This document shows, piece by piece, positions 19,581-29,705 of a DNA stretch of 64,000 nucleotides. The notes under the pieces were generated by a model that was not told the origin of the DNA, did no database searches, and worked only from the letters and a program-made list of their open reading frames with translations. The position numbers were made by a program, and so were the translations under genes. Position 1 is the stretch's first letter. The number at the start of each line of letters is the position of its first letter. The DNA comes from Minisyncoccota bacterium (GTDB lineage Bacteria > Patescibacteriota > Microgenomatia > PFEM01 > JAFGMK01): assembly GCA_016927565.1 (NCBI GenBank), contig JAFGMK010000024.1:6105-70104 (forward strand), written 5' to 3'.

Positions 19581-21368
19581 CTACTTCTGAAGCCGATAAA
19601 GTTTTTTAATCTCTGCCAGAGTAGTGACCTGAGAGACTGATTTGTCATCCCGGAAGCGAAGCCATCTGGGAAAACGGAGAGCATAACCGCTGGTATGAAT
19701 TGGTGACTTGGTAATGTTATCTGCCTCGATTTCCACCAAAATTTCAGGCGCGCACCAAACATCAGGCCAAAGATTTTTATCAACTTGATAATTGATCGGC
19801 TTTTCTTTCACCGCCGCCTTTTCGCCCCGACGCCTCATTTCCTGCCATTGCTCATCCGAAGGACCGGTTCCTACTTTAGTCAGGCTGGTAATCAATCCGC
19901 TCGAGATCTTTTGGCAAATACCGACCAAGATCATTCCGATTCCAAAATCAGCCCGTTTACCCCGGCCCCGATAAAAACCCATCACCACTCCGTCAATCGT
20001 ATCCGCCAAACCGCCTCCTTTTTTCCCTTTTTCTTGCTTAAACTTCACCCAGGTATAACCCCGTCGGCCCGGATCATAAGCTGCTTGCCACTTCTTAACT
20101 ACTGCCCCCTCCAAACCGGCTTTAAGCTGCTGCTGGTGAAAACTTTTCAAATCAACCGGGTCATTGGTTATTATTTGCGGCGCCAAAAGAAAAGTTCGAT
20201 TTTTCCCCTCCACAATTGACTCTAAAATCTTTCTTCTCTGAGCAAAAGGAGCCTTTAAAAGATTCTGACCATCTTTATAAAGGACATCAAAGCAAAAATA
20301 ACGCATGGGAATCTTCCTGATTGTCTGTTTAATAGCGTGCTTGCGCTTTCTTTTAATCGTTTCCTGAAAAGGTAAAAGTTTACCGCTACCCGGATCATAA
20401 CCGATGGCTTCCCCATCCAAAATCACCTCTTGGGCTTTTAATTCTTCAAAACTGGCCAAAGCAAGATCAGGAAACATCCCCGCCACATTTTCCAGGTTGC
20501 GAGTAAAAATCCGGACAAATCCTTTTGTTTCCTCAGAGAACAAACCTTGATCACGAACTGATTTCTCTTGTTTTTGACGGCTAAAATGAATTTCCAATCG
20601 CGTTCCGTCCCATTTGGGCTCGACCGCAACCCGATCCTTTGACCCGGGCCGGCACATATGTTTAATCATTTCCCCTGCATCCGGCAATCGCTGGCAAAGC
20701 GCTAGAACCACCGGCGTTCCTAAGGAAATCCCGACCTCGCCCAAGCCGGCCAAACCATCAAGCTTAGCTACCTGAGCAATGAAGCCGACATCAGCCCGAA
20801 CATTATAAGCCGCTTCAATTTTTGGTTTAAGGTTTTTATTTCCGGCTAAGAACCAGCTTAAAGAATCTAAAATCGTCTGGTCTGAAAAACCCAGGCGCAA
20901 CTTACCCAAGGTAATTCGGACAATATACTTAGCACTCTGCCCATCCAGCTTTTTTAAAACAGCAACCAGGCCGCTTACCTTCCTTTCCACCGATCCCTGA
21001 CCGTGATCTTGAGCAATTCTTAACAATGAATTAAACACTTGATCAACCGTCAGCGACTGGCCAGCCGCTTTTTTATCCAACTCAAAAGCAATGCTGCCCA
21101 AGTCGCCTAATCGGCCATAAACTTTTCCCACCTGACTTTCTTTCTGATGATAGGCCCGGCCTAAAATCCTAATCATCAGTTTTTCAGCCAAATTAAACTC
21201 AATTCCCAGATGGCGGGGACCCAGCCTTCCCAAGGCCAGATAGCAGATTTTATCAATTTCATCAGGCCGGGCTTCTTTAAAAAGCCGGGCCAAAATAACC
21301 GTTTTTTCGTTCCTGGAAGCAGTATTTTCCAATTTCGAAAAATAGTCAGCTAAGCGGGAGAAATTCAT
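19581..21368 (-). CDS. lig: ATP-dependent DNA ligase
   Basis: EPKWDG adenylation motif, ILDGE, EGAVVK, ALRFPR; start MNFSRL overlaps the upstream stop (TAATG). Confidence 0.95.
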   Translation of the reverse strand: MNFSRLADYFSKLENTASRNEKTVILARLFKEARPDEIDKICYLALGRLGPRHLGIEFNLAEKLMIRILGRAYHQKESQVGKVYGRLGDLGSIAFELDKKAAGQSLTVDQVFNSLLRIAQDHGQGSVERKVSGLVAVLKKLDGQSAKYIVRITLGKLRLGFSDQTILDSLSWFLAGNKNLKPKIEAAYNVRADVGFIAQVAKLDGLAGLGEVGISLGTPVVLALCQRLPDAGEMIKHMCRPGSKDRVAVEPKWDGTRLEIHFSRQKQEKSVRDQGLFSEETKGFVRIFTRNLENVAGMFPDLALASFEELKAQEVILDGEAIGYDPGSGKLLPFQETIKRKRKHAIKQTIRKIPMRYFCFDVLYKDGQNLLKAPFAQRRKILESIVEGKNRTFLLAPQIITNDPVDLKSFHQQQLKAGLEGAVVKKWQAAYDPGRRGYTWVKFKQEKGKKGGGLADTIDGVVMGFYRGRGKRADFGIGMILVGICQKISSGLITSLTKVGTGPSDEQWQEMRRRGEKAAVKEKPINYQVDKNLWPDVWCAPEILVEIEADNITKSPIHTSGYALRFPRWLRFRDDKSVSQVTTLAEIKKLYRLQK

Positions 21369-21562
21369 TAAAAAATATTCTGGGAGAAAAAAAGAAAAGT
21401 AAAAACAACCACTCCGATGAACAGGAACCCAAAAACAATCGAAAGCCAACCCATTCTTTCACTTTTTAAAATTTTATTCAGACCTTCGCCAATTAAAGTT
21501 AAACCAAAAAGCGTCGGCAAGATTAGAAACATATAAAGAAACTGAGGGTCCTTGGTATTCAT
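21368..21562 (-). CDS. small two-TM membrane protein
   Basis: 64 aa, two hydrophobic segments, translationally coupled to the ligase. Confidence 0.75.
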   Translation of the reverse strand: MNTKDPQFLYMFLILPTLFGLTLIGEGLNKILKSERMGWLSIVFGFLFIGVVVFTFLFFSQNIF

Positions 21563-21569
21563 TGATCCC

Positions 21570-22679
21570 CTATTGTTTCATAATATAAACAGCCCCTTTA
21601 GTTTTGCCCCTCTTCTTCACAATACCCTTTTTGACAAAATAGTTCAAATCTCTCAAAAGAGTGTCCTCGCTGTATTCGGGAATCAGTTTTTTGGCCTGAC
21701 TGGTTTTTAGACGTTGATTTTCTTCCAAGTACTCCATCAAACGGATTTGGCGTTCATTTAAAGGAATCTGGCGGCCCAAACGGCTTTTTACCTTGGCATC
21801 CAGAGAAAGCCTTCTTACTCTTTCCTTAACCTGAGTCAGTTCAATCGCCATTACCTCACAAAAGTATTCGAGCCAGGGGGTCAAATCGCGTTTTTCCAGC
21901 TCTTCACTCTGAGCCGAAACTTTAAAAAGAGCCTGATAATAGCTGGCCGCGTCCCGGTCAAAGTATTCCTCCAAAGCAAAAAAACGCTTGATATCATATC
22001 TTTCCGCGAAAAGAACCAGCGTGGCAAAAGCTCGGGCTGTTCGACCGTTTCCCTCGACAAAGGGGTGAATTGCCGCCAAAACATAATGGGCCACTCCGGC
22101 TCGCAGAACCGGATGAATCTCGCAGGCAGTTTTTAAATTGATCCAATGGACAAAATCTTCAACCAGGTAAGGCACCTCGACAGCCGGCGGCGGCCGAAAG
22201 AAAACCTCACCGGTACTGGTCTCTCTCAAAATTACCTGAGTAATCCGATATTGTCCTTGCTGCTCAAGAGAAATAATCCGCTCGCAAACCAAAGCGTGGA
22301 TTTTTTTAATCATTTTTTGGGTATAACGCCATCGGATTTTTCTCTCTTTTTCCGCTGGCTTATTCCTAGAGGTTTTTTCCTTGAATTTAGCCAGCTCATC
22401 AATAAAGTGGATAACCCGCCGATAATTAATCACTTCCTGGACATCCCGCTCCCGCGCCACCACCTGCTCCCCCTCTAAAACCTTAATTGCCTGATTAAGG
22501 TTTAAAGCATTGCCTTCGAGATGAGTTCCGTAATGGACTGTCCGATTAAGAGCTTCTTTTCTAAACTTCATCAGATAGGCCGGAATTAAAGGAGCGTTTA
22601 GAATTACTTCCCGCGCAGCCTCAATTAGACCGATATTTTTTAAAATCTTGTTTGTAATCGTAAATTGCGGCTGATACAC
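21570..22679 (-). CDS. Fic family protein with C-terminal HTH
   Basis: HPFVEGNGRTAR Fic motif; THLEGN inhibitory helix; C-terminal wHTH. Confidence 0.93.
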   Translation of the reverse strand: MYQPQFTITNKILKNIGLIEAAREVILNAPLIPAYLMKFRKEALNRTVHYGTHLEGNALNLNQAIKVLEGEQVVARERDVQEVINYRRVIHFIDELAKFKEKTSRNKPAEKERKIRWRYTQKMIKKIHALVCERIISLEQQGQYRITQVILRETSTGEVFFRPPPAVEVPYLVEDFVHWINLKTACEIHPVLRAGVAHYVLAAIHPFVEGNGRTARAFATLVLFAERYDIKRFFALEEYFDRDAASYYQALFKVSAQSEELEKRDLTPWLEYFCEVMAIELTQVKERVRRLSLDAKVKSRLGRQIPLNERQIRLMEYLEENQRLKTSQAKKLIPEYSEDTLLRDLNYFVKKGIVKKRGKTKGAVYIMKQ

Positions 22680-22773
22680 GAAAAATTAAAAATTCAAAAT
22701 TAAAATTTTTAAATCCTTAGGCTTAAACCTAACTAATTATTGCATAATTTCCGCAAGAGAACAAGAGAAAAAT

Positions 22774-22974
22774 TCATTTCCTGGCTAATAGCCTTGGTTT
22801 AGATAAATCCCAAATCTCATCCACCGTCACCAAAGCCGCTCCCTTATGAGCTAAACCCTCATTCTCCTGATCTTCATCCACCCTTTTCTTCGAGCTAATT
22901 TTTAGACCAGCCACCTGAACCGCCTCGTTCAAATTAATTTTAGAATAAGAAAATCTATTATTAATCCAATCCAA
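22774..22974 (-). CDS. possible small hypothetical protein
   Basis: 66-aa ORF overlapping the recF stop; no motif. Confidence 0.3.
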   Translation of the reverse strand: MDWINNRFSYSKINLNEAVQVAGLKISSKKRVDEDQENEGLAHKGAALVTVDEIWDLSKPRLLARK

Positions 22975-24025
22975 TAATTTCGATCCCTTTCAAAAACTCT
23001 GGATTAACTAAACTTGCTTCTGTCATCGTCATGATTGTCTGCTGTTTAGGAATTACCTCCAAAAGATGCCGGCGGTTTTTTTGATCCAGTTCCGAAAAAA
23101 TGTCATCCAGCAGTAAAACTGGCCGCTGGCCGGTAATTTTAGCAACAAACTCAAGCTCTGCTAATTTTAGGCTGAAAACTGCCAATCGCTGCTCTCCCCT
23201 GGATCCGTAAATCGATAAGTCCCGGCTTTTAAATTTGTCATTTTTAATTTCTAATTTAGAATTTATTTTAAAATCATCCCGATGAGGACCAACTAAAGTT
23301 TTGGCCGCAAAAACTTCCTCAGTCGCATACCTTGTCAGTCTCTCCGGAGAAATCAGACTCTGATCATATTCAATCTCCAAATCACCAAAATAATCCGGCT
23401 GAGCATTAACAAACCTGATAAACTCGGCTCTTTCCGCATTCAACAACTGACCATTCTCAATCAACAAGCGATCCCAGAAAAAAAGGGCTGACCGATTAGC
23501 TCTGCCCTCCCTAATTTGCTCCAACACCCGATTTCTTTGCCTAAGGCCTTTTTGATAAGAAAGAGAGGCTCGACGGTATTCCCGATTTACCAACTCCAAA
23601 ACCGAGTCTAAATAATCCCGCCTAACAGCAGGACTGCCAATCACAATCTCCAAATCTTCCGGCCGGAAAAGGACAGTTTTCAAAATTCCGGCAAAATCCA
23701 TTGCCCTTTTTTTCACCCCGTTAACCAGGTATTGCTTGCGCGGCGCTCTGATTCCGCCCACCTCTCCCCGAGTAAGAACAATTTCTAATTTTTCTTCGTC
23801 TGACAATCGACAGCTATTCACTGACAATTCCTCCTGATAACTGATCATCTCCTCGTCCCTTCCGCCTCGAAATGAGCGTCCCCGGGAAAGAATCCAAATT
23901 GCCTCCATCAAGTTAGTTTTTCCAGTAGCGTTTCGCCCCACTACTAAACTCATCCGCGAGCCGAATTTCAGCTCCTTCAGGGTAAAATTGCGAAAATTCT
24001 TTAAATTCAGAGTTTTTAAAAGCAT
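22961..24025 (-). CDS. recF: DNA replication/repair protein RecF
   Basis: NFRN, GRNATGKTN, GPHRDD, GSRGEQR, LLLDDIFSELD. Confidence 0.95.
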   Translation of the reverse strand: MLLKTLNLKNFRNFTLKELKFGSRMSLVVGRNATGKTNLMEAIWILSRGRSFRGGRDEEMISYQEELSVNSCRLSDEEKLEIVLTRGEVGGIRAPRKQYLVNGVKKRAMDFAGILKTVLFRPEDLEIVIGSPAVRRDYLDSVLELVNREYRRASLSYQKGLRQRNRVLEQIREGRANRSALFFWDRLLIENGQLLNAERAEFIRFVNAQPDYFGDLEIEYDQSLISPERLTRYATEEVFAAKTLVGPHRDDFKINSKLEIKNDKFKSRDLSIYGSRGEQRLAVFSLKLAELEFVAKITGQRPVLLLDDIFSELDQKNRRHLLEVIPKQQTIMTMTEASLVNPEFLKGIEIIGLD

Positions 24026-24028
24026 CTG

Positions 24029-24988
24029 CTAATTTTTAGAAATCGACATCTGAGGAGGAATGTTTATAAGCGAATGAGCATGGAAACTCTTTTCAAACGA
24101 GTAGGTCGGTTGTGTTGGAGAAGTCCATGTCCCGGCAGTAGCAAAATAACCAGAAAGCCCCCATTCATCATCAGGCCGGTAATAAAGAATCGGCGCAAAC
24201 AATACCGCTCCCGTAGCCTGAGTATAACCGACCGTTTTAACCACCACCTCCCGGCCATCATCCCGTTTAAAAGGAAGATTAAGCCTTAGATACACCACCG
24301 TATGAACCGGATCCGGGTTTCTTCGAACAGAATAAAGTAAAACATCTCTTTCCATTAAAAGGGCATACTTCTTGACCGGGCTCAATCGGCCGACATCTTG
24401 CCAACCACAACTCCTACCATTATTAGAAAGCCAATCACTAACCCCAACAGCATTCAGCTCTCTTCCGCCAGACTGAACTGGTTGGCCCCTGTCATCCAAC
24501 CGACGGGTAATAAACCGGGTTCCCAAGGCCGTCTGAACAAAGTCAACTCCGTAAATAGCGCAAAGATTAAAGCCCTGCTTCTCATCATCATACCTATCGT
24601 TCCCTGGAGGGTTTAAAAGAGTTAGACTCTTTCTTAAAATCGCCTGAGGCGAAAACAAACGAGTTAAGCCATGTTTTTGCCTGAGAGCCTCAATTGGAAG
24701 GCTGAGACGAGCGGAAACCTGTGATATCTCTTCAGGCGATTCAGTTTTAGCAATTCCGAACGGCCCCCTTCTTTTAAGATCAGCCTCAAGCCTTTTTCGC
24801 TCCGGATCATCAAGATCAAAGGGGGTCAAAACCGGCTTCCTCTCTCCCACCGACTCCTGCCAACCCAGATTTTCTATTCCCTTCCGAACCTTACCCTTCC
24901 CCAAGGTATGATCAGTTCCTAAATTAAACAATCCGTCTAAAAACTGCCGGCGGGTTAATTGATTCGCGATACCTTCAGGCATAATCAA
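24029..24988 (-). CDS. hypothetical protein, possible CHAP/NlpC-P60-like Cys-His hydrolase
   Basis: NLCAIY...NA...DWL...GW...HTVVY pattern; N-terminal TRRQFL. Confidence 0.45.
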   Translation of the reverse strand: MIMPEGIANQLTRRQFLDGLFNLGTDHTLGKGKVRKGIENLGWQESVGERKPVLTPFDLDDPERKRLEADLKRRGPFGIAKTESPEEISQVSARLSLPIEALRQKHGLTRLFSPQAILRKSLTLLNPPGNDRYDDEKQGFNLCAIYGVDFVQTALGTRFITRRLDDRGQPVQSGGRELNAVGVSDWLSNNGRSCGWQDVGRLSPVKKYALLMERDVLLYSVRRNPDPVHTVVYLRLNLPFKRDDGREVVVKTVGYTQATGAVLFAPILYYRPDDEWGLSGYFATAGTWTSPTQPTYSFEKSFHAHSLINIPPQMSISKN

Positions 24989-25028
24989 AGCCCTTTCTTT
25001 TAGTCATTTATCTAATTATAATACAACC

Positions 25029-25808
25029 ATGCTTGAAAAAAGAGGTAAATACCTTCAGGTTGCTCTTAACAGCACTCTTGACGAAGCCAGAAAAATTATC
25101 AACCAGCTCCCTCTCAGCGACCGAATTCTGATCGAAGCCGGCACTCCCCTGCTTAAAACCTATGGCCAACAAGGCCTCCTAAAAATTAAAGGCTGGTGGC
25201 AAGAAAAGCTTTTCGGCTATCCATCCCTTACTCCCGGCACTTTCCCTAAAAATCCGTTCGAGATCGGCCAACTGATTAAAACCGCCAGCCAAAACCCTAA
25301 ACTGACTCCCTTTCAAAAGGCCAAGACCACCTTCGTCCCCTATCTTATTGCCGATTACAAAGCTATGGATCGGGGTGCTACCGAAGTTTCTATTGCCAGC
25401 CGGGCCGGCGCTAATGCCATTACTGTCTTAGGCCAAGCCCCGACAGAAACAATCGACGCTCTGCTTAAATCTTGCGAAAGATGCGGTTTGGATCCGATTA
25501 TCGACATGATGAACGTCCAAAGACCCTATCAAGTTTTAAGAAAACTCAAAAAACTTCCGCCAATCGTCATGCTTCACCGCGGCGTTGACGAAACTGAGAC
25601 AGGCCAAACCCGTTTCCCGATTCATTTAATCAACCAGATTAAAGGAGCTTTTGATGTAATGATTGCTATCGGCGGTGGCGACACCCTCCGCGAGGTCCAG
25701 TCAGCTATTTTCAATGGTGCTGACATTGTCATGGTTTGGAAGGAGTTTTATCAAATTCAAGACAATACTACCGAACTGGCCGCCGGCTTCTTAAAAGAGA
25801 TTAAATAA
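25029..25808 (+). CDS. OMP decarboxylase/hexulose-6-phosphate synthase (HUMPS) family protein
   Basis: LQVAL, IEAGTPL, DYKAMD (DxKxxD), LHRGVD. Confidence 0.85.
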   Translation: MLEKRGKYLQVALNSTLDEARKIINQLPLSDRILIEAGTPLLKTYGQQGLLKIKGWWQEKLFGYPSLTPGTFPKNPFEIGQLIKTASQNPKLTPFQKAKTTFVPYLIADYKAMDRGATEVSIASRAGANAITVLGQAPTETIDALLKSCERCGLDPIIDMMNVQRPYQVLRKLKKLPPIVMLHRGVDETETGQTRFPIHLINQIKGAFDVMIAIGGGDTLREVQSAIFNGADIVMVWKEFYQIQDNTTELAAGFLKEIK

Positions 25809-26561
25809 TTATTTTCCAATCAACCTCTTAAAACCTTCAAGAACTTCCACCGGCAAGGCAAAAACGACCGTGTTGGCCGGATTAGCCGTTGTTCCTTCAA
25901 TCGTCTGCAGGGTCCGCAAGGAGATTGCTCCGGATTTAGCCAGGTTATCAGCCGCCGACTGTAAATTCTTTGAGGCTTCAAGTTCACCATTGGCTCGGAT
26001 AATTGCTGCCCGCCTTTCCCGTTCGGCTTCAGCTTGTTTGGCCATTGCCCGCTTCATATCCGCCGGCAACTCAATATCCTGGATTTTAATCGAGGTCACA
26101 TTGATTCCCCAAGCGTTAGTTTCCTCGTCAACCAGTTTCTTAATCTCCTCGGAAATTTTCAGTCTTTCTGCCAGCAAGCTGTCCAGCTCAACCCCGCCGA
26201 TTACATCCCGCAATGCCGCTTGAGCATACTGAGAAACAGCATAGGAATAATTTTGAATTTTTAAAACTGCATCCTCTACCCGTTCGACATGGAAATAAAC
26301 CACCGCATTGATTCCAACCGGAACATTATCTTGAGTAATTACTTCCTGCTGAGGAATATCCACTGTCGTAATCCGAATATCAACCTTAATCAACCGCTGC
26401 AGCACCGGAATGATGAAGTTCAAACCCGGATCCAGAGTATTAGAATATTTTCCCAAAGTTAGAACGATTCCCCGCTCATACTGGTCAACCACCCTGACAA
26501 AGCGGATTGCCGCAATTCCAATTAAAACCAAAAAAACAAAAAAAACACTGCCAAAAAACAT
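25809..26561 (-). CDS. SPFH/stomatin-like protein
   Basis: YERGIV..LG, QEVITQDNV, AMAKQAEAERERRA. Confidence 0.92.
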   Translation of the reverse strand: MFFGSVFFVFLVLIGIAAIRFVRVVDQYERGIVLTLGKYSNTLDPGLNFIIPVLQRLIKVDIRITTVDIPQQEVITQDNVPVGINAVVYFHVERVEDAVLKIQNYSYAVSQYAQAALRDVIGGVELDSLLAERLKISEEIKKLVDEETNAWGINVTSIKIQDIELPADMKRAMAKQAEAERERRAAIIRANGELEASKNLQSAADNLAKSGAISLRTLQTIEGTTANPANTVVFALPVEVLEGFKRLIGK

Positions 26562-26617
26562 CTTTCACCTCCTTTTGCTAAAGGATAACAAAATCCAAAC
26601 CAACTAACAAGAACCCC

Positions 26618-26633
26618 ACGATCCGGGATCGTT
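26618..26633. repeat. partial copy of the GATCCCGGATC palindromic element
   Basis: Reverse complement AACGATCCCGGATCGT is identical to 42750-42765. Confidence 0.7.
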
Positions 26634-26712
26634 TTCCTACCTACGATCCGGTAAAACTATCTTTTCCCATCCTGATTCTCCGTCGTTCCTCTATCAGAAG
26701 GGATAACCAGAA

Positions 26713-27669
26713 TCAATTTTGGCACCGCGGGCAATAAAAAGTTCCCCGGCCGCCGATTTTGATTCTTCTGATTTTCCCGGAGCAGGAAAAACACTTTTTC
26801 CCGTCACGCTTATAGACTAAAAAATGCTTCTGATAAGCCCCTTTTTGACCTAAAGCATCAAGGTAATGTTGATCTGATGCTCCTCTATATTTGATTCCAG
26901 CCCGCAAAACCTTATGAATCGATTGATATACGCTTTTAACTTCTTTCTCCTTAAGACCGCAAGCTGGTCGTCGGGGATCAATTTTGGCTAAAAATAAACT
27001 GTCATTAGCATAAATATTGCCAATCCCGGAGATCTTTTTCTGATTTAAAAGAGCCAGCTTAACCGGCCGCCGGGTTGAGGCTAAATACCTTTTGAAATAG
27101 GAAAAGGTCAAATCATCCAGCGGTTCAGGTCCAAATTCAGCCATAATTTTCTCCAATTCTTCCCTGCCTTTAACCAGCTTAATCCACCCGAACTTTCGCA
27201 AATCACAAAAACGGAGCTCTAAATTATTCTCTTCCCCAGATTTCCACACCGGGAAAGTCAAACCGCCGCCGGCAATCTGTCTGCCACTCCTGAAGTATTT
27301 TTTTTCGAGCCCAATTACCACTCGTTGATATTCGTCCCCGGGATCACCTGGCTTTCTCACTAAAAGCCGGCCGGTCATTTTAAGATGAATCAGCAGGCAC
27401 GCCTGCCAAACACTTTTTTCCTTCTCAGAAAAGTTAAGTTGCCGTCGGCGCTCTTTTTGTTGTTCCCGAGGCGCTTTAAGAAAAACCTGCATTAATTTCG
27501 CCCGTCTCTTAATTTCGGCAATTTCTAAACCGATAACCTCTCCTTTAACCACTTTCAGCGACGGTAAAATTTGCTTGGGAGAATCCGCTAAAATATCAAC
27601 AATCCGATAACCTATCACTAATTTTTCCAGGCCTTTTTTTATTGTTTCCACCTCGGGCAATTCCGGCAT
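26713..27669 (-). CDS. mutM: formamidopyrimidine-DNA glycosylase
   Basis: MPELPEVE, HLKMTG, D.RKFG, GIGNIY, C-terminal Zn finger CFSC...CPRCQ; two loop insertions. Confidence 0.96.
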   Translation of the reverse strand: MPELPEVETIKKGLEKLVIGYRIVDILADSPKQILPSLKVVKGEVIGLEIAEIKRRAKLMQVFLKAPREQQKERRRQLNFSEKEKSVWQACLLIHLKMTGRLLVRKPGDPGDEYQRVVIGLEKKYFRSGRQIAGGGLTFPVWKSGEENNLELRFCDLRKFGWIKLVKGREELEKIMAEFGPEPLDDLTFSYFKRYLASTRRPVKLALLNQKKISGIGNIYANDSLFLAKIDPRRPACGLKEKEVKSVYQSIHKVLRAGIKYRGASDQHYLDALGQKGAYQKHFLVYKRDGKKCFSCSGKIRRIKIGGRGTFYCPRCQN

Positions 27670-27738
27670 AAGCCTCCTTTTTGACTCTTTCCATTATACC
27701 AATTATGATTTAGGAACAAGAAGCAATTTTAACTGACT

Positions 27739-28530
27739 ATGACCAATCTCGGTATTGTTTTATTTCTCTCTCTCTTGGGTAGCGTTTTCGCTTTAACCGG
27801 CGGGATTATTTTCCTATATGTAAAATCCTGGTCTCTGGTCTTAACCCGCTATTCGGTTTCCTTCGCCGCCGGCGTACTCCTGACTGTTGCTTTAATCGGC
27901 CTGCTTCCTGAAGCAGTGGAAATGATCGGCGAAAACGCTTTTTTAGTCGTTTTGTCAGCTTTCTTAAGCGCTTATTTGTTTGAAAACTTCGCCTGCAATC
28001 TTCATCACCACGACCACAACTGCGATCAGCCTGCCAATAAATCCTCAGGATCAACCGGTCTAATCATAATTGGCGACACCATTCATAATTTTATTGACGG
28101 CGTTGCCATCGCGGCCGCCTATCTTACCGATCCCGGTTTGGGTTGGATAACAACAATCTCAACTTTTTTACACGAAATCCCCCATGAAATCGGCGATTTC
28201 GGCATCTTATTAAAAAAAGGTTGGCCGCCGAAAAAAATTGTCATCGTTAATATCCTTTCCGCTTTATTTACTTTGATCGGCACTTTTTCGGTAGTATTCG
28301 TTTCTCAAAATGAAAACTTTATCGGGATTCTCCTCGCCTCCGCCGCAGGAATGTTTTTATATCTCGGAGCCAGCGATTTCCTTCCTCATGCCCACGAAGA
28401 CCTTTCCCGTAAGAAAGCGCTTTTGGCACTCCTGGCCGGAGTCGGCATCATGCTCGGCACTTTTAAAATCATTCCCCACTCCCACGAACATGACTCTCAT
28501 CACCATCAAGATCAGCCAGAAAAAAATTAA
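27739..28530 (+). CDS. ZIP family zinc transporter
   Basis: His-rich loop, HNFIDG, HEIPHEIGD. Confidence 0.93.
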   Translation: MTNLGIVLFLSLLGSVFALTGGIIFLYVKSWSLVLTRYSVSFAAGVLLTVALIGLLPEAVEMIGENAFLVVLSAFLSAYLFENFACNLHHHDHNCDQPANKSSGSTGLIIIGDTIHNFIDGVAIAAAYLTDPGLGWITTISTFLHEIPHEIGDFGILLKKGWPPKKIVIVNILSALFTLIGTFSVVFVSQNENFIGILLASAAGMFLYLGASDFLPHAHEDLSRKKALLALLAGVGIMLGTFKIIPHSHEHDSHHHQDQPEKN

Positions 28531-29705
28531 CTTTCCCCGATTGAAACTACTTCTGAAACAAATTCCAAAATTTCCCTTTTAAACCGTTCTTGGGAATATT
28601 TTTCTGCCTGTTGCCAGCAGTCTCTAAATTTAATTTTACGATATATCGAGATATCGAATTTTTTTAAAACCTTAATTAAACTATTGACAGTCAGTTCTTC
28701 AAAAAACAAGCCCGTCTTACCTTCAACTACTGTTTCCCTAACTCCACCGGAGCGGTAAGCAATCACCGGCCGGCCGGCCGCCATTGCCTCAACCGGAGTA
28801 ATCCCAAAATCCTCCTGATCAGCACAAAAAATATAAGCCCGGCAATTAGCATAAAGATCAGCCAATTCCCGATCGTTCACTTCGTCGACAAATTCGACTG
28901 TCGGCCCGGCCAGTTTTTTCAATTCTTCTCCATAACCGGCAAAGCTTGATCCAAAAACTTTCAAAGGCAAATTCAGTCGATTACATGCCCGCACTGCTAA
29001 ATCGATCCTTTTTGCCCGAGCCAACCGTCCTCCGGCTAAATAGTAAACCCCTTCCTTTTCGCCTCCCTGCTTCCTATTCTTAAATCTTTGAATATCCACC
29101 GGAGGATAAATCACTACCGAATCCCGGCGATAAAACTTTTTAATTCTCCCGGCCACTTCCCGGGAATTAGCTATAAAATGACTGACTTTTTGAGCTGATT
29201 CAAAGTCTGTCAATCTTAAAAAATGATTGATAAAATTCCCGGCCGATCTTCCCCACCAATGCTTCTGCCAATTACGGGCAGTCGGATATCCGTATAAATA
29301 CCGCGGCGGCGTATGGCAATAACAAAGATGAATTGCTTTTGAAGCGGTCTTAATGGTATTGGGAGTATAAGCTCCGGTTGCGGAAACGATTATCAGATCA
29401 AAACCGGATAAATTAAGCTTCCTCAAAGCCGTCGGCGCCAGCAATCGAAATGGACTAATCAGGAATTTTTTAAAAGGCACCTTTTGCAAAAAGGAAGTTC
29501 TGATTGGCCATTCTTTAACTTTTGTCTGATGAGGCCCGAAATTTCCGGGTAAAAAAAAACTGGTATAAATTGGTGCCCGGGGAAAGAGCTGGTGGAAGGC
29601 TTCTAAAACCCTTTCCGCCCCCCCATAACCAGCCAGATAATCATGCACCAGGGCAATTTTCAAACCGGAAAATTTTTTATTTTTTGGCTTTTGGTTTTTT
29701 TTCAT
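28527..29705 (-). CDS. glycosyltransferase family 4
   Basis: GGAERV, HTPPRY, EDFGITPVEAMAAG. Confidence 0.93.
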   Translation of the reverse strand: MKKNQKPKNKKFSGLKIALVHDYLAGYGGAERVLEAFHQLFPRAPIYTSFFLPGNFGPHQTKVKEWPIRTSFLQKVPFKKFLISPFRLLAPTALRKLNLSGFDLIIVSATGAYTPNTIKTASKAIHLCYCHTPPRYLYGYPTARNWQKHWWGRSAGNFINHFLRLTDFESAQKVSHFIANSREVAGRIKKFYRRDSVVIYPPVDIQRFKNRKQGGEKEGVYYLAGGRLARAKRIDLAVRACNRLNLPLKVFGSSFAGYGEELKKLAGPTVEFVDEVNDRELADLYANCRAYIFCADQEDFGITPVEAMAAGRPVIAYRSGGVRETVVEGKTGLFFEELTVNSLIKVLKKFDISIYRKIKFRDCWQQAEKYSQERFKREILEFVSEVVSIGES

